A DNA stretch of 50,121 bases, from the NCBI GenBank assembly GCA_016839765.1, contig JAEOTP010000048.1, positions 1 through 50,121 of the forward strand, written 5' to 3'. Position 1 is the stretch's first letter. The number at the start of each line of letters is the position of its first letter. Below are positions 9,920 through 20,191 of this stretch, piece after piece. Source of the stretch: Promethearchaeota archaeon. Its GTDB lineage: Archaea > Asgardarchaeota > Lokiarchaeia > Sigyniarchaeales > SOKP01. The notes below the pieces were generated by a model. The model searched no databases. It saw nothing but the letters and a program-made list of their open reading frames with translations, and was not told the origin of the DNA. The position numbers and the translations under genes were made by a program.

Positions 9920-10318
9920 ATGGTTAGCAGATTAGAAATGGTCCTTAAAGAATTAAATGATAATGGTAATTTCCGAGCCTCTTTATTTTCTACCTCCACG
10001 GGATTGGTGCTGGCTTCTCAAAAAGCCGATGATGTTGATGAAAGAGTGATTGCTGCCATGGGTTCATTACTAAGTGATGCAGCTTACAAAGCATCTGAAG
10101 AATTAAGTTTATCTCAACTTACAAGCATGAAAATAAAATATTTAAATGACTATATCGTTTGCAGAAATATAACGATGACGGACCAGAAAACTCAGTTTCT
10201 TTTAGCAGTGCTTTCAAAAGTACCTGAATCTGAAGATATTGAAAAATATTACGATCAACTTTTAGATTGGGCTGAGGATAACAGTCGTGATGATCTTGAA
10301 AAGCTTTCTTCGATTTGA
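9920..10318 (+). CDS. Roadblock/LC7 domain protein
   Basis: RLEMVLKEL..ASLFSTSTGLVLAS..DERVIAAMGSLL..ASEEL matches the Roadblock pattern. ATG at 9920, alternative GTG at 9908. Confidence 0.8.
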   Translation: MVSRLEMVLKELNDNGNFRASLFSTSTGLVLASQKADDVDERVIAAMGSLLSDAAYKASEELSLSQLTSMKIKYLNDYIVCRNITMTDQKTQFLLAVLSKVPESEDIEKYYDQLLDWAEDNSRDDLEKLSSI

Positions 10319-10422
10319 TTTTTAATATTGTTTCTTTATGCTTGTTATTATAATTAATGAGATTGATTTTTTTATAATTTAAAAATGTGAAGTTTAATTG
10401 CTAGAATAGCAATTAAAAGAAT

Positions 10423-11460
10423 ATGAAGGCTGCTTTTATTAAAGAACATGGTAATATAGAGAAATTAATAGTAGGGGCGTTGAATGCTCCCAAAATAGCA
10501 GCTAATGAGGTACTAATTGAAACGAAATATGCTGCTTTAAATCATATTGATTTGTTCTTAATTAATGGCTGGCCAGGATTAAATCTTAAAATGCCTCACG
10601 TTCTTGGATCAGATGGAAGTGGGATAATTAAAGAAGTTGGGTCCGAGGTAACAAATTTTCAAGAGGGAGATAGAGTCTCTGTAAATCCAGGAACCAGTTG
10701 TGGAAAATGTCATATGTGTCTCTCTGGTAAACAGGTTTTCTGTAAAGATTTTTCTATAATGGGAGAATATGGATGGGGAACTTTTGCTCAATACTTTAAA
10801 GTCCCCGAAGTTAATGTTTTAAAACTACCAAGTAGTTTTACACTTGATAAAGCTGCAGCAGCACCTTTAACCTTTTTAACAGCTTACAGAATGCTAAAAA
10901 CACAGGCCAGAATGAGTCAAGGTGATATTGTTTTTATACATGGAGCTGGGGGTGGTGTTTCTTCAGCTGCAATTCAAATTGCTAAATATTTTAGCGGAAC
11001 CGTGATTGCAACAACCAGTAATCAAGAAAAAATGAGAAAAGCTAAAGATATCGGTGCTGATTTCGTAATAAATTATAAAGAAACACCTAATTATGATAAA
11101 TATGTTTACGAGAAACTAACAAATAAGCAAGGGGTAGATATTGTAATAGATAGTATAGGTAAAGCTACATTTCAAACTAGTTTACGTTTATTAAGATTAG
11201 GTGGTCGTTTAATTATTCCAGGAAGCACTACAGGGCCCTTAGCTGAAATAGACATTAGACATATCTTTTGGAAACATTTGGAAATAAAAGGCTCCTCTAT
11301 GGGAAACCAAAATGAATTCAGAGAAGTTATGGACTTAATTTTTAAAGGATATTTAGATCCTATAATTGATAAAACCTTCGATTTTGATGATATAGTTAAA
11401 GCTGAAAATTATTTAAATGAGGGAAAACAATTCGGAAAAGTTCTGGTTAAATTTCCGTAA
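10423..11460 (+). CDS. Zinc-binding MDR family oxidoreductase
   Basis: AALNHID, PHVLGSDGSG, structural Zn site CGKCHMC..C, GAGGGV and GKVLV. Confidence 0.9.
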   Translation: MKAAFIKEHGNIEKLIVGALNAPKIAANEVLIETKYAALNHIDLFLINGWPGLNLKMPHVLGSDGSGIIKEVGSEVTNFQEGDRVSVNPGTSCGKCHMCLSGKQVFCKDFSIMGEYGWGTFAQYFKVPEVNVLKLPSSFTLDKAAAAPLTFLTAYRMLKTQARMSQGDIVFIHGAGGGVSSAAIQIAKYFSGTVIATTSNQEKMRKAKDIGADFVINYKETPNYDKYVYEKLTNKQGVDIVIDSIGKATFQTSLRLLRLGGRLIIPGSTTGPLAEIDIRHIFWKHLEIKGSSMGNQNEFREVMDLIFKGYLDPIIDKTFDFDDIVKAENYLNEGKQFGKVLVKFP

Positions 11461-11470
11461 AAATCTTTTA

Positions 11471-12109
11471 CTAAGTTAAAGAGACATAGAATTCATATAC
11501 TTTATCAGCTACTTGAGATTCATATCCCCTATAAAAATGATCTGCTCCATTTATTATTTGAAAATATTTTGGATCTTGATAATCATTAAAATGAATCTCA
11601 AATCTCTCAAAATTAGCAATCTCATCTCTATTTCCTTGTAAAAAAAATTTTGGTTTATCTGATTGAGAGAGTTTTTTATATTTACTTCCCATAAAGTCCC
11701 AAGGAAAAGAAATAGCAGCATAGGCAATAATCTTTTCTGAATAATTAATCGTAGAGCAACCAATTGCAGCTCCATAAGAATATCCGCATAAGAATATGTT
11801 TTCGACTTTTCTTTCATTTAATAAAAAATCAATACAAGCTTTAACGTCACTTAATTTAGCTCTATCGCTCGTATAGTTTCCACTAGAATTACCTACTCCT
11901 CTGAAATTAAATCTTAAACTAGAGATATCCTCTTGAATGAATTTATTAAAAACTCCAGACACAATATTATTATACATATTTCCTCCAAATTCTGGATGTG
12001 GATGTGTAATTAGTATATTTGCTTTTTTTAATTTCCTATTTGACTGGAAATATTCTGCCTCAAGTTTGATTTCATTATTTTTTATAAATACTAATTCCGT
12101 TTTTAGCAT
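11471..12109 (-). CDS. Alpha/beta hydrolase
   Basis: HPHPEFGGNM, RFNFRGVG, nucleophile elbow GYSYG, GNRD and GADHF. Confidence 0.9.
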   Translation of the reverse strand: MLKTELVFIKNNEIKLEAEYFQSNRKLKKANILITHPHPEFGGNMYNNIVSGVFNKFIQEDISSLRFNFRGVGNSSGNYTSDRAKLSDVKACIDFLLNERKVENIFLCGYSYGAAIGCSTINYSEKIIAYAAISFPWDFMGSKYKKLSQSDKPKFFLQGNRDEIANFERFEIHFNDYQDPKYFQIINGADHFYRGYESQVADKVYEFYVSLT

Positions 12110-12167
12110 AATTTTATTTAAGGTTTAATCTATAATAATAATACCATATAGAATTTCCTTCAAAAAT

Positions 12168-13022
12168 ATGAGTTTTAATAGATTAATTATTGAAAGGAAG
12201 ATAAGAGAATTTATCGAGGAAGATTGCACTTTTATTGATGTTTCATCTAATTTTATACCTGATAACTCAACAGTTAGTGCTAAAATTATTGCCAAGACTG
12301 AGGGTTTTATTTCTGGTTTAGAAGAACTAGCAATACTCTTTGAAATTTTAAAGGTAGATATTAATTTCAAAAAAAAAGATGGGGAAAATATTGAGAAGGG
12401 AGATATTATCTTAGAGTTGAAAGGTAATGCCAAAAATATTTTAATTGGAGAAAGGGTAGGGTTAAATTTAGCTACTCATATGAGTGCTATTACTACAACT
12501 ACTCGAGAATATGTAAATCTAGTAAAAGCTTCTGGAAAGAATGTGAAGATTGCAGCTACACGTAAAACTATTCCAGGACTTCGAATATTTGAAAAGAAAG
12601 CTGTTCTAATGGGAGGAGGGGAAACACATCGCTTCTCTTTAGATGATATGATAGTATTAAAAGACACACATTTAAAATATTATAACGGAGATGTGAAGAA
12701 ATTACTAGAAGAAGTTAAAGAAAAAGCAAGTTTCTCGAAAAAAATTGAGATTGAAATTGAAAATGTTGATGATGTTTTGATTGCAGCAAAAAATGGGGCA
12801 GATATTATAATGCTTGATAATATGTCTCCTGATCAAGTAGAGGATGCGATTACCATATTAAGAAACCATAAATTACGTGATAATGTAATAATTGAAGTAT
12901 CTGGAGGTATTAATAAGGAAACTATAGTTGATTATATTATAGCAAACCCAGATATTATTAGTATAGGTAATCTAACACTATTTCCATCTAGACAAGTAGA
13001 TTTATCCCTTCGTTTTAATTAA
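12168..13022 (+). CDS. nadC: Quinolinate phosphoribosyltransferase (decarboxylating)
   Basis: ERVGLN, TRKTIPG, HRFSLDD, LKDTH, IMLDN and EVSGGI. Confidence 0.95.
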   Translation: MSFNRLIIERKIREFIEEDCTFIDVSSNFIPDNSTVSAKIIAKTEGFISGLEELAILFEILKVDINFKKKDGENIEKGDIILELKGNAKNILIGERVGLNLATHMSAITTTTREYVNLVKASGKNVKIAATRKTIPGLRIFEKKAVLMGGGETHRFSLDDMIVLKDTHLKYYNGDVKKLLEEVKEKASFSKKIEIEIENVDDVLIAAKNGADIIMLDNMSPDQVEDAITILRNHKLRDNVIIEVSGGINKETIVDYIIANPDIISIGNLTLFPSRQVDLSLRFN

Positions 13023-13024
13023 AT

Positions 13025-13417
13025 CTAATCAATGATAATTTCGTGAATAGAGCAGATTACATCCTTGATTTTTGCAATGCTATTATATAAATCTTTTATG
13101 CTAAGGAAATCTCCAACAACTAAAATTAGCTCAATTTTCTTTTCAGCGATTCTCCAATCTGTAATAGCCTTTATAATTAAATGAAATCTATTATAAATTT
13201 CGGAAACTTCATCCGCAATTACATCTTTAAACGGATAAACTAAATTGATTGTCATTATTTTATATCCTTCCTTATTTTCAAATTTTTCCTTTTTTTCAAT
13301 AAATTTTACAATAGCATCTCTAAGAGCTTCACTTTTAGAATTAAACCCACTTTGAAATCGAACACGCTCAAATCTTTCTAATAGATCATCATTAATTTGT
13401 AAGGAAATTATTTTCAT
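13025..13417 (-). CDS. Ribbon-helix-helix regulator, NikR-like architecture
   Basis: N-terminal RHH (IISLQINDDLLERF..SKSEALRDAI) plus an ACT-like C-terminal domain lacking the Ni ligands. Confidence 0.8.
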   Translation of the reverse strand: MKIISLQINDDLLERFERVRFQSGFNSKSEALRDAIVKFIEKKEKFENKEGYKIMTINLVYPFKDVIADEVSEIYNRFHLIIKAITDWRIAEKKIELILVVGDFLSIKDLYNSIAKIKDVICSIHEIIID

Positions 13418-13555
13418 CTCTAAATTCTCTTTTTATTTGGAAAGTAAATCAATTATTAATAATTCATTATTTTAGACCCTTTTTTAAATTATTTGCATTT
13501 AAAAAAATATTGATTGTGATCAATATTTTCCAATCTATAGTATTAATCGCATTAA

Positions 13556-14386
13556 TTATAGATAATTGTTTATAAAATTTATGCTCTTTTGTAGGTATTT
13601 AAATGATGAAATTTCAATTATTAAAGGTCCTTTATAAGTATAACTCTTAATTATTTCAAAAATCCTGTTAAAATTGATTTTTCCTGTACCTAATGGTGGA
13701 TGAGTATCAGAATCTTTAGTGAAGTTATCTACTAAATGAATATTTTTTATTTTTTTATGAAATTTTTTCCATAATAAATCTACATTGCCATTATTTGTAT
13801 AAAAATGACTTGTATCATACGTCATATAAAGATCATTACGATTAATAATTGAGAGAATTTCCTCAATATCTGCCGTATCTAACATGATATTTGCTTTCTT
13901 CGGCATGTTTTCTAAACAGATCATCAAGTTATAACCAGATGTAAAATTTAATAGTTGATTGATTGCTTTTTTCAGTTGAATTTTATTATATTCTCTCACT
14001 GAAGAAATCATAAAGTTAGCCAAACCAGGATGAATTGTCATCATTTTAGCATTAATTTCATTACAGATTTTAGCCATTTCGATATAAGATTTAATTGAAG
14101 CATTTAATATTATATCGTTATGAGAACAAAGATTTATATCAATAAAAGGTCCATGAATTTGTTTCTTAATTTTATAGGGCTTTAATAATTCAATAAATTC
14201 ATTCTTTCTTTCACCACTTAAAATTATTGGAGGATCAATTACTAATTCTACAACTTTTATATTACTAAGTTCAGCAGCATTAAGGCATGCCTCTGTAGAA
14301 TCAAATAGTAAATCTAAAACATTTTTATACTTATTAAACTGCCCCAACTCAATAATAAATCCTAAACTACTTATACCTAATTCCAT
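13556..14386 (-). CDS. Sugar phosphate isomerase/epimerase (AP endonuclease 2-type TIM barrel)
   Basis: HGPFIDINL, TIHPG, CLENM, YDTSH, IHLVDN and HPPLGTGKINF. Confidence 0.85.
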   Translation of the reverse strand: MELGISSLGFIIELGQFNKYKNVLDLLFDSTEACLNAAELSNIKVVELVIDPPIILSGERKNEFIELLKPYKIKKQIHGPFIDINLCSHNDIILNASIKSYIEMAKICNEINAKMMTIHPGLANFMISSVREYNKIQLKKAINQLLNFTSGYNLMICLENMPKKANIMLDTADIEEILSIINRNDLYMTYDTSHFYTNNGNVDLLWKKFHKKIKNIHLVDNFTKDSDTHPPLGTGKINFNRIFEIIKSYTYKGPLIIEISSFKYLQKSINFINNYL

Positions 14387-14407
14387 AATTATAAAGTTTA
14401 AAAATAT

Positions 14408-15082
14408 TTATTTTCGCATTGTCCGAGGGTAATTTGCAAACAGACTTTCAAATAGTCTATTGAATTTAACGCCTTGGTCTGCTGATATTACTTTAGGTTT
14501 CCCGACTTGTAAGGCACCCCAATATATTTTTGCAAGTTTTTCAACTAATTCAGCAAATTTTACAGCATGTTCTACTGATTTTCCACACACAATTACTCCA
14601 TGGTTAGCTAAAAGTGCTGCATTTTTAATTCCTAATGCTTTAAGAGCAGCTTCTCCTACTTCTTCTGTATGTGCTTCTCCAAATGAAGATATGTCGATTG
14701 AGCCTCCTAAAAATGCGATTTGTTCCTCCATTATAATAGGTATGCTCATTTGGTTAACTGAAAGCATAGTTGCATGAGGAGAATGAGTATGAATTACTGC
14801 ATGAACTTTTGAACGGGATTTATAAATGAGAGAGTGCATTTTTGCTTCTGTAGAAGGTAATTTCCCTTTACTTAAAGGAGTTCCATCAAAATTCATATGT
14901 ACAATTTGTTCTTCTGTTAAAGTTTCATAATTATTAAAAGAAGGAGTGATAAACAATTCCTCCTTTTTTCCGTATCTTACACTAACATTCCCTTCCCCAG
15001 TATCTACTAAACCCTTTTTAAATATTGTTTTTGCTCCCCAAACGACTTCAGTTCGAAATAAATCTTCTTTTTCTTTAGACAT
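14408..15082 (-). CDS. Class II aldolase/adducin family protein (FucA/MtnB-like)
   Basis: GNVSVR, ITPS, PSTEAKMH, VIHTHS and LLANHG. Confidence 0.9.
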   Translation of the reverse strand: MSKEKEDLFRTEVVWGAKTIFKKGLVDTGEGNVSVRYGKKEELFITPSFNNYETLTEEQIVHMNFDGTPLSKGKLPSTEAKMHSLIYKSRSKVHAVIHTHSPHATMLSVNQMSIPIIMEEQIAFLGGSIDISSFGEAHTEEVGEAALKALGIKNAALLANHGVIVCGKSVEHAVKFAELVEKLAKIYWGALQVGKPKVISADQGVKFNRLFESLFANYPRTMRK

Positions 15083-15238
15083 ATGATAATAAATAAAAAA
15101 TTAATTAAAAAGATGTTTACCATAATACCTAATAGAATATTTTAAAAATTCTTTGAAGTCTTTTTTTTTTTAATATTAAATTAATTTATAAAATCTGTTG
15201 ATATTTTGATTCTTTTTCCAAATTTATATACATAAAAA

Positions 15239-16327
15239 ATGAATCGGATAATATTACACTGTGATCTAGATTGTTTTTTTGCCGCAGTTGAAGAACGTGA
15301 TAATCCTGAATTAAAAGGAAAGCCTGTTATTATAGGAGCTGACCCCAAAGGTGGAAAGGGTAGGGGTGTAGTGAGTACTTGTAATTATGAAGCCAGAAAA
15401 TATGGCCTTCATTCTGCTATGCCAATTTCTAAAGCATATAAATTATGTCCTCATGGGGTTTACTTATATCCAAGTTCTAAAAAGTATTATGAAGCCTCAT
15501 ATCTTGTAATGGATATCATTAAAACCTATTCTCCAACTTTTGAGCAAGTTGGGATTGATGAAGCATATTTAGATGTATCTGATATTTGTAAAAATTATCT
15601 TGAAGCTAAAAAGTATGCGTTAGAGTTAAAAAAAGAAATACTCAATAAAGTTGGAATTACTCTATCGGTGGGCATTGGGCCGACAAAATCAATAGCAAAA
15701 ATTGCTTCAGATTATGAAAAACCAGAAGGTATAACAATTGTTGAACCATCTCATATTCAAAACTTTTTAAAAGATTTAGAAATTACTCGTATCCCAGGAA
15801 TTGGTAAAAAATCGAAAATCTATTATAATAAACATGGAATTTTTGTCATAGGAGATATTATTAAAACCCCACTTAATAAAATGATTAAAAAATTTGGAAC
15901 ATATGGAGAATGGATTTGGAAAATAGCCAATGGTCTTGATAATAGGGAAGTAAAAGAATTTCATGAAGATAGGAAATCAATAAGTAAAGAAAGAACGTTT
16001 TTTGAGGATACTGACGACTTTAAGTTAATATTATCTAAACTAGATGAAATTAACAATAAAATTCATAAAAAATTGGAGAATGAAAAAATATACTATAGAA
16101 CTATAACTTTAAAGATACGTTTAAAAGGATTTTTGACATATACACGTTCTAAATCTTTTTCTTACCCTATTCTAAATAAAAATAAAGTCTTGGAAACCGT
16201 GTTGGCGTTATTAAATGAATTTTTAAAACAGAATAAAAAAGTTAGATTAGTTGGAATCAAATTATCAAACTTAAAAAAGGATGTTAATATAAAACAAACT
16301 AATTTAATTAATTATGTGGAAATTTAA
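15239..16327 (+). CDS. dinB: Y-family DNA polymerase IV (DinB/Dpo4)
   Basis: HCDLDCFFAAVE, YEARKYG, GIDEAYLD and AKIASDYEKPEG; PIP-like C-terminus QTNLINYV. Confidence 0.95.
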   Translation: MNRIILHCDLDCFFAAVEERDNPELKGKPVIIGADPKGGKGRGVVSTCNYEARKYGLHSAMPISKAYKLCPHGVYLYPSSKKYYEASYLVMDIIKTYSPTFEQVGIDEAYLDVSDICKNYLEAKKYALELKKEILNKVGITLSVGIGPTKSIAKIASDYEKPEGITIVEPSHIQNFLKDLEITRIPGIGKKSKIYYNKHGIFVIGDIIKTPLNKMIKKFGTYGEWIWKIANGLDNREVKEFHEDRKSISKERTFFEDTDDFKLILSKLDEINNKIHKKLENEKIYYRTITLKIRLKGFLTYTRSKSFSYPILNKNKVLETVLALLNEFLKQNKKVRLVGIKLSNLKKDVNIKQTNLINYVEI

Positions 16328-16334
16328 ATACGAT

Positions 16335-17258
16335 TTAATAAAAATCAATATCTTTTAGATATTTTAATATCTCTTCATGCAAAAATCCATTGGATGCTAC
16401 AAGTCCAGGTGCTGTAATTATACATTTTTCATTATTAAACTTTATATTATTCCCTTTTAAATCCGACACAATCCCTCCTGCTTCATTAACTATTAATATC
16501 CCTGGTAAAAAATCCCATGAAAAAGATCTATTTTCATCCATAGGTTTAATATATAAATCAGCAGTACCATCAGCAACCATACAAAATTTTGCCATGCTAT
16601 CCATTTGAATATAGTTACTTACTTCAGCTATTTCGGCAAATTCCATAACCCATGGCTCATCATAGTGTAAAGAATGGCACATATTTGCTTTCTTAATATT
16701 TTTTTTATCGGTAACACTTATTGGAATAAAATCTTCCTCACCATAAGAAACTCTTGTACCTTGATTTTTTTCTGCGATAAATAATGCTCTTCCTTTTTCA
16801 TTGTAATTAGGTACCCCAATAGCAGCAGCAATCAATTCTGAATTTATCATAAAACCTATTCCTATAGCATAAGTTAGATTCTTTTGAAAACCCTTCGTCC
16901 CATCTATAGGATCTACAGTCCATTGACGTGGTGAATAAGGACCTCTATAATTTAGAATTCTTTCAAAATCTTCAATTAAATCTAATTCTAATGATCTATA
17001 ACATCTTTTTATAATTTTTTGAACATTAATATCAATATGCGAATTATAGCTTTCTTCAGCTATAATCTGATCATTTGGGAATTTTTCTCTTAATTTTTTA
17101 ACAATAAATAATTGAGAAGCATAATCTGCTAATGTAACAGGAGACTCATCTTCCTTTTGAAATGATTCAAAACCTTTTAATCTAAACCATTCTGTAATAT
17201 CTGTTGCAGTTTTTACCAGTTCAGCCGCAAGATTCAATTCTATTTTATTATGTGTCAT
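16335..17258 (-). CDS. Inositol monophosphatase family, 3'(2'),5'-bisphosphate nucleotidase-like
   Basis: KEDESPVTLADY, AEES, WTVDPIDGTKGF and WD..G..IVNEAGG. Confidence 0.88.
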   Translation of the reverse strand: MTHNKIELNLAAELVKTATDITEWFRLKGFESFQKEDESPVTLADYASQLFIVKKLREKFPNDQIIAEESYNSHIDINVQKIIKRCYRSLELDLIEDFERILNYRGPYSPRQWTVDPIDGTKGFQKNLTYAIGIGFMINSELIAAAIGVPNYNEKGRALFIAEKNQGTRVSYGEEDFIPISVTDKKNIKKANMCHSLHYDEPWVMEFAEIAEVSNYIQMDSMAKFCMVADGTADLYIKPMDENRSFSWDFLPGILIVNEAGGIVSDLKGNNIKFNNEKCIITAPGLVASNGFLHEEILKYLKDIDFY

Positions 17259-17525
17259 TTTCTTTTTGAGTATTAAGCTAGAATATATATAGTATAAAAT
17301 AAGGCATGAATTAAGAGTTTATTCTTTAAAATAAGTTACTAAGAGCCAAGAGGGTTTGAATAAAAGATTTCAAGATATTCAAATTTTATTTTAAAATTGG
17401 TTTTTAAAATTAAATTAATTTCAATTAATAAATAAATTAGATTTTTCTTTTTTTTTTATGAGATATAACCTAAAATAATAATAAAAGCTTTATATTACAA
17501 CAAAATAGCAAAATAAAATTTCAGT

Positions 17526-17888
17526 TTGATTAGTATGAAAGCGATAGGATTGGTTTTTTTATATGATAGAAAACTCGGAATTCCAGAAGAGATTTCAAAG
17601 CAATTCAGTCAATATTTTCCGGACATTTCTGAAAATCTAGTATTAGAAAAACTACTTGGATTATCAGAATTAAAAGATATTATGGATAAAAAAAGAATTT
17701 ACTGGGCAGGAATTAAAGAAAACTTTGATATAATTTTAGAGAATGATGATACTATAGGAAAAATTGCTTGGAAGGTCTTTAAAGATTTTTTTGGGGAGGC
17801 ACCTTCGGAAGAAGTCAAATCATTAGTTTATAATGAAGTCCAATCTCCCTGGAAATTTTCAGTAATGGTTTGTGTTATCTATGAGTAA
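17526..17888 (+). CDS. Hypothetical protein
   Basis: 120-aa ORF filling a gap between recognised genes; no motif recognised. Likely start is the ATG at 17535. Confidence 0.65.
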   Translation: MISMKAIGLVFLYDRKLGIPEEISKQFSQYFPDISENLVLEKLLGLSELKDIMDKKRIYWAGIKENFDIILENDDTIGKIAWKVFKDFFGEAPSEEVKSLVYNEVQSPWKFSVMVCVIYE

Positions 17889-17893
17889 GAGAA

Positions 17894-19945
17894 TTAATAA
17901 TAAACATTTAACTTATGTTTAATTTCAGCTAGTAAGAAATCTGCATTGCCTTGATTTTCCATTGCATTGTTATATCCTTTCATATAAGATAATAGAGAAT
18001 AAATATCAATCTTTTTATAAAAATTCTCATCAATATTATAATATTTTTGATAACCCTCATAGAATTTGAGTTTTATATCTTTATGATTAATAACTTTAAA
18101 TGTGATATTTTCCATTCTCACAAAATCTTGTGCTCTCACCCCTATCCTCCAGTTATCAAAGTCTATTATTCCTCTTATTTGAAATTTTATTGGATCATCT
18201 TTAATAATAATATTATTCCATTGAAAATCATTATGGATTAAAACGGGTTCAGTTTCATTTTCTAATAAGTAAATATGTTCCTTTATAAAATCCCTTATCT
18301 CATCCTCTTGATTAAATTTATATTTTTTTGCTTCTTGAATTTGATTTTCGAATTCCGAATTAATAATTTCTAACCAATTACTTTTTGCTTCTTTGCTGAG
18401 ACTATAAATGTCAGGTTGAAATGAATTAAATTTTATGTTATGTAGCTTTCCTAATATTTCTCCCATATCACTAAATAAATTAAGGAACTTTGATTTGTTA
18501 AAACTAAATATCTCACCCTTATATTTATCATACAAATTCTTTAAAGATTTTCCATGGATATACTCTTGTATTGAAAATAAATAAGGAATGAGCTGTTTGG
18601 TTTCATCATAATAAATTAAGTTACCCACTGGTATTATGGGAGGATTATCTTTATTAAAAATGTAATCCCCCTTTTTAACTGCAATTATTTCTTTAACTTT
18701 TTCTCTAAATTTTTCTAAATTTGGGTTTAAAGAGCCATCTAAAAGAGGAAATAACACCTTTTCTTTAATCAGATTTTCATATTTAAACGATTTTAAAGTT
18801 CGAAATCTAAAAATCAATTGACTATTTTCAAAATTAACACGGTATATTATATTTGTTTCTGCATCATAGGGTCCAATTATTTTTTTGAGTTTCCCCTGTT
18901 TAATTAAAACTTCAATATTGGAAAATGTGTTTATAATATCATCTAATTGATAGATTTCTTCTTTACCAAGAGAATATAGTTGATATATCGCTTTTTGATT
19001 CAGTAAATAATTCACTGTTGCTTGTATTCTTCCTTTAGAAATTTGATCTAATTCTCTCTTGAGTTCAGGAGTTATATTATAGTGATCTTCAATGGAAGTT
19101 TGAATGATATCCTTATATAAATAAAGAAAAGCATATTTTAAGCCCCTTTCTTCTTTTCCCTTGTCTATTTTAAAGTCATAAATATTATTTCTAACATCAT
19201 TTAATTGGTCTTGTATTTGGTGTAAATCTAAAATTTTATCTTCAATCGCACAAAAATATAATTTTGAAGCAATATTTACTAGATTACCAATTTTAGGTAT
19301 TATTCCACAATATTTTCGCAAGTTTAAAGGAATTAGTTGGAGAAATTTTTGAAAATTTTCCTCTTTTCCACATAGTAAAGAGAAATTTTGATTAATCATT
19401 TGAATATATGATCTGCTATTATTAATATTATCAAATGAATCAATGAATCCAGAAAAATTTGGAATATCCAATAGTTTTTTAATAAATTTAGGATTTATTT
19501 CATTTCCAGCAAAATCTTTAGGATTATTCGATATAAAGATAGGATTTTTAATACTAATTGAATCAAAAATTACTGTAAAATAAGATTCTAAATCTGATTT
19601 TGTTTCTATTAAAGGAGGGGCTATTACAAAATTAAGGTTATCGTATTTTTTCCCTAATTCATCGAGCTCGTCAATTATTTCTTCCGCTTCATTACCTAAT
19701 ACTCCTACTAATATTGGTATTTTTTCACCTGTCGATTCTAAGGTTAAGTTAATAAGTTTGATTTTTTCTATTCTATTATTTGAGAATAGCCTACCGTCTC
19801 CAGTAACTCCAAATAAATATATTGAATCTGCTCCATTAACAAGAAGATGGCGAATTAATAATGATTGTATCTCTTTATTTATTTCGTTTTTTTTATTATA
19901 GAATGTGAGTGATGGGACCACAACACCGCTTATTTGAGCCGTGAT
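17894..19945 (-). CDS. DapA/DHDPS-like barrel fused to an aminoglycoside phosphotransferase-like kinase
   Basis: N-terminal GVVVPSLTF, GVTGDG and PILVGV; C-terminal HNDFQWNNII and IIDFD. The frame stays open upstream of the GTG at 19921, so the start is uncertain (ATC at 19945 proposed). Confidence 0.8.
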   Translation of the reverse strand: MTAQISGVVVPSLTFYNKKNEINKEIQSLLIRHLLVNGADSIYLFGVTGDGRLFSNNRIEKIKLINLTLESTGEKIPILVGVLGNEAEEIIDELDELGKKYDNLNFVIAPPLIETKSDLESYFTVIFDSISIKNPIFISNNPKDFAGNEINPKFIKKLLDIPNFSGFIDSFDNINNSRSYIQMINQNFSLLCGKEENFQKFLQLIPLNLRKYCGIIPKIGNLVNIASKLYFCAIEDKILDLHQIQDQLNDVRNNIYDFKIDKGKEERGLKYAFLYLYKDIIQTSIEDHYNITPELKRELDQISKGRIQATVNYLLNQKAIYQLYSLGKEEIYQLDDIINTFSNIEVLIKQGKLKKIIGPYDAETNIIYRVNFENSQLIFRFRTLKSFKYENLIKEKVLFPLLDGSLNPNLEKFREKVKEIIAVKKGDYIFNKDNPPIIPVGNLIYYDETKQLIPYLFSIQEYIHGKSLKNLYDKYKGEIFSFNKSKFLNLFSDMGEILGKLHNIKFNSFQPDIYSLSKEAKSNWLEIINSEFENQIQEAKKYKFNQEDEIRDFIKEHIYLLENETEPVLIHNDFQWNNIIIKDDPIKFQIRGIIDFDNWRIGVRAQDFVRMENITFKVINHKDIKLKFYEGYQKYYNIDENFYKKIDIYSLLSYMKGYNNAMENQGNADFLLAEIKHKLNVYY

Positions 19946-20191
19946 TCTCGCCTTTTTGTAATTTTTTATAGTGATAATTTAAGTTTAATTTGATTTTATC
20001 AATTGTTAAATCTTGAATGATATCTTCGATTCCCTCTTAATTGAATAAGAACTGTCTATATACGTGATAAAAATTTCTTATATTAATTTCTATTTATACG
20101 ACAAAACTTAATAAATTTGATAACTATTTCTAAAGAAAGAAAAATTTAATTTAATCTTTAAGTAGATTAGAGGGGATTGAAGGTAAATAAG

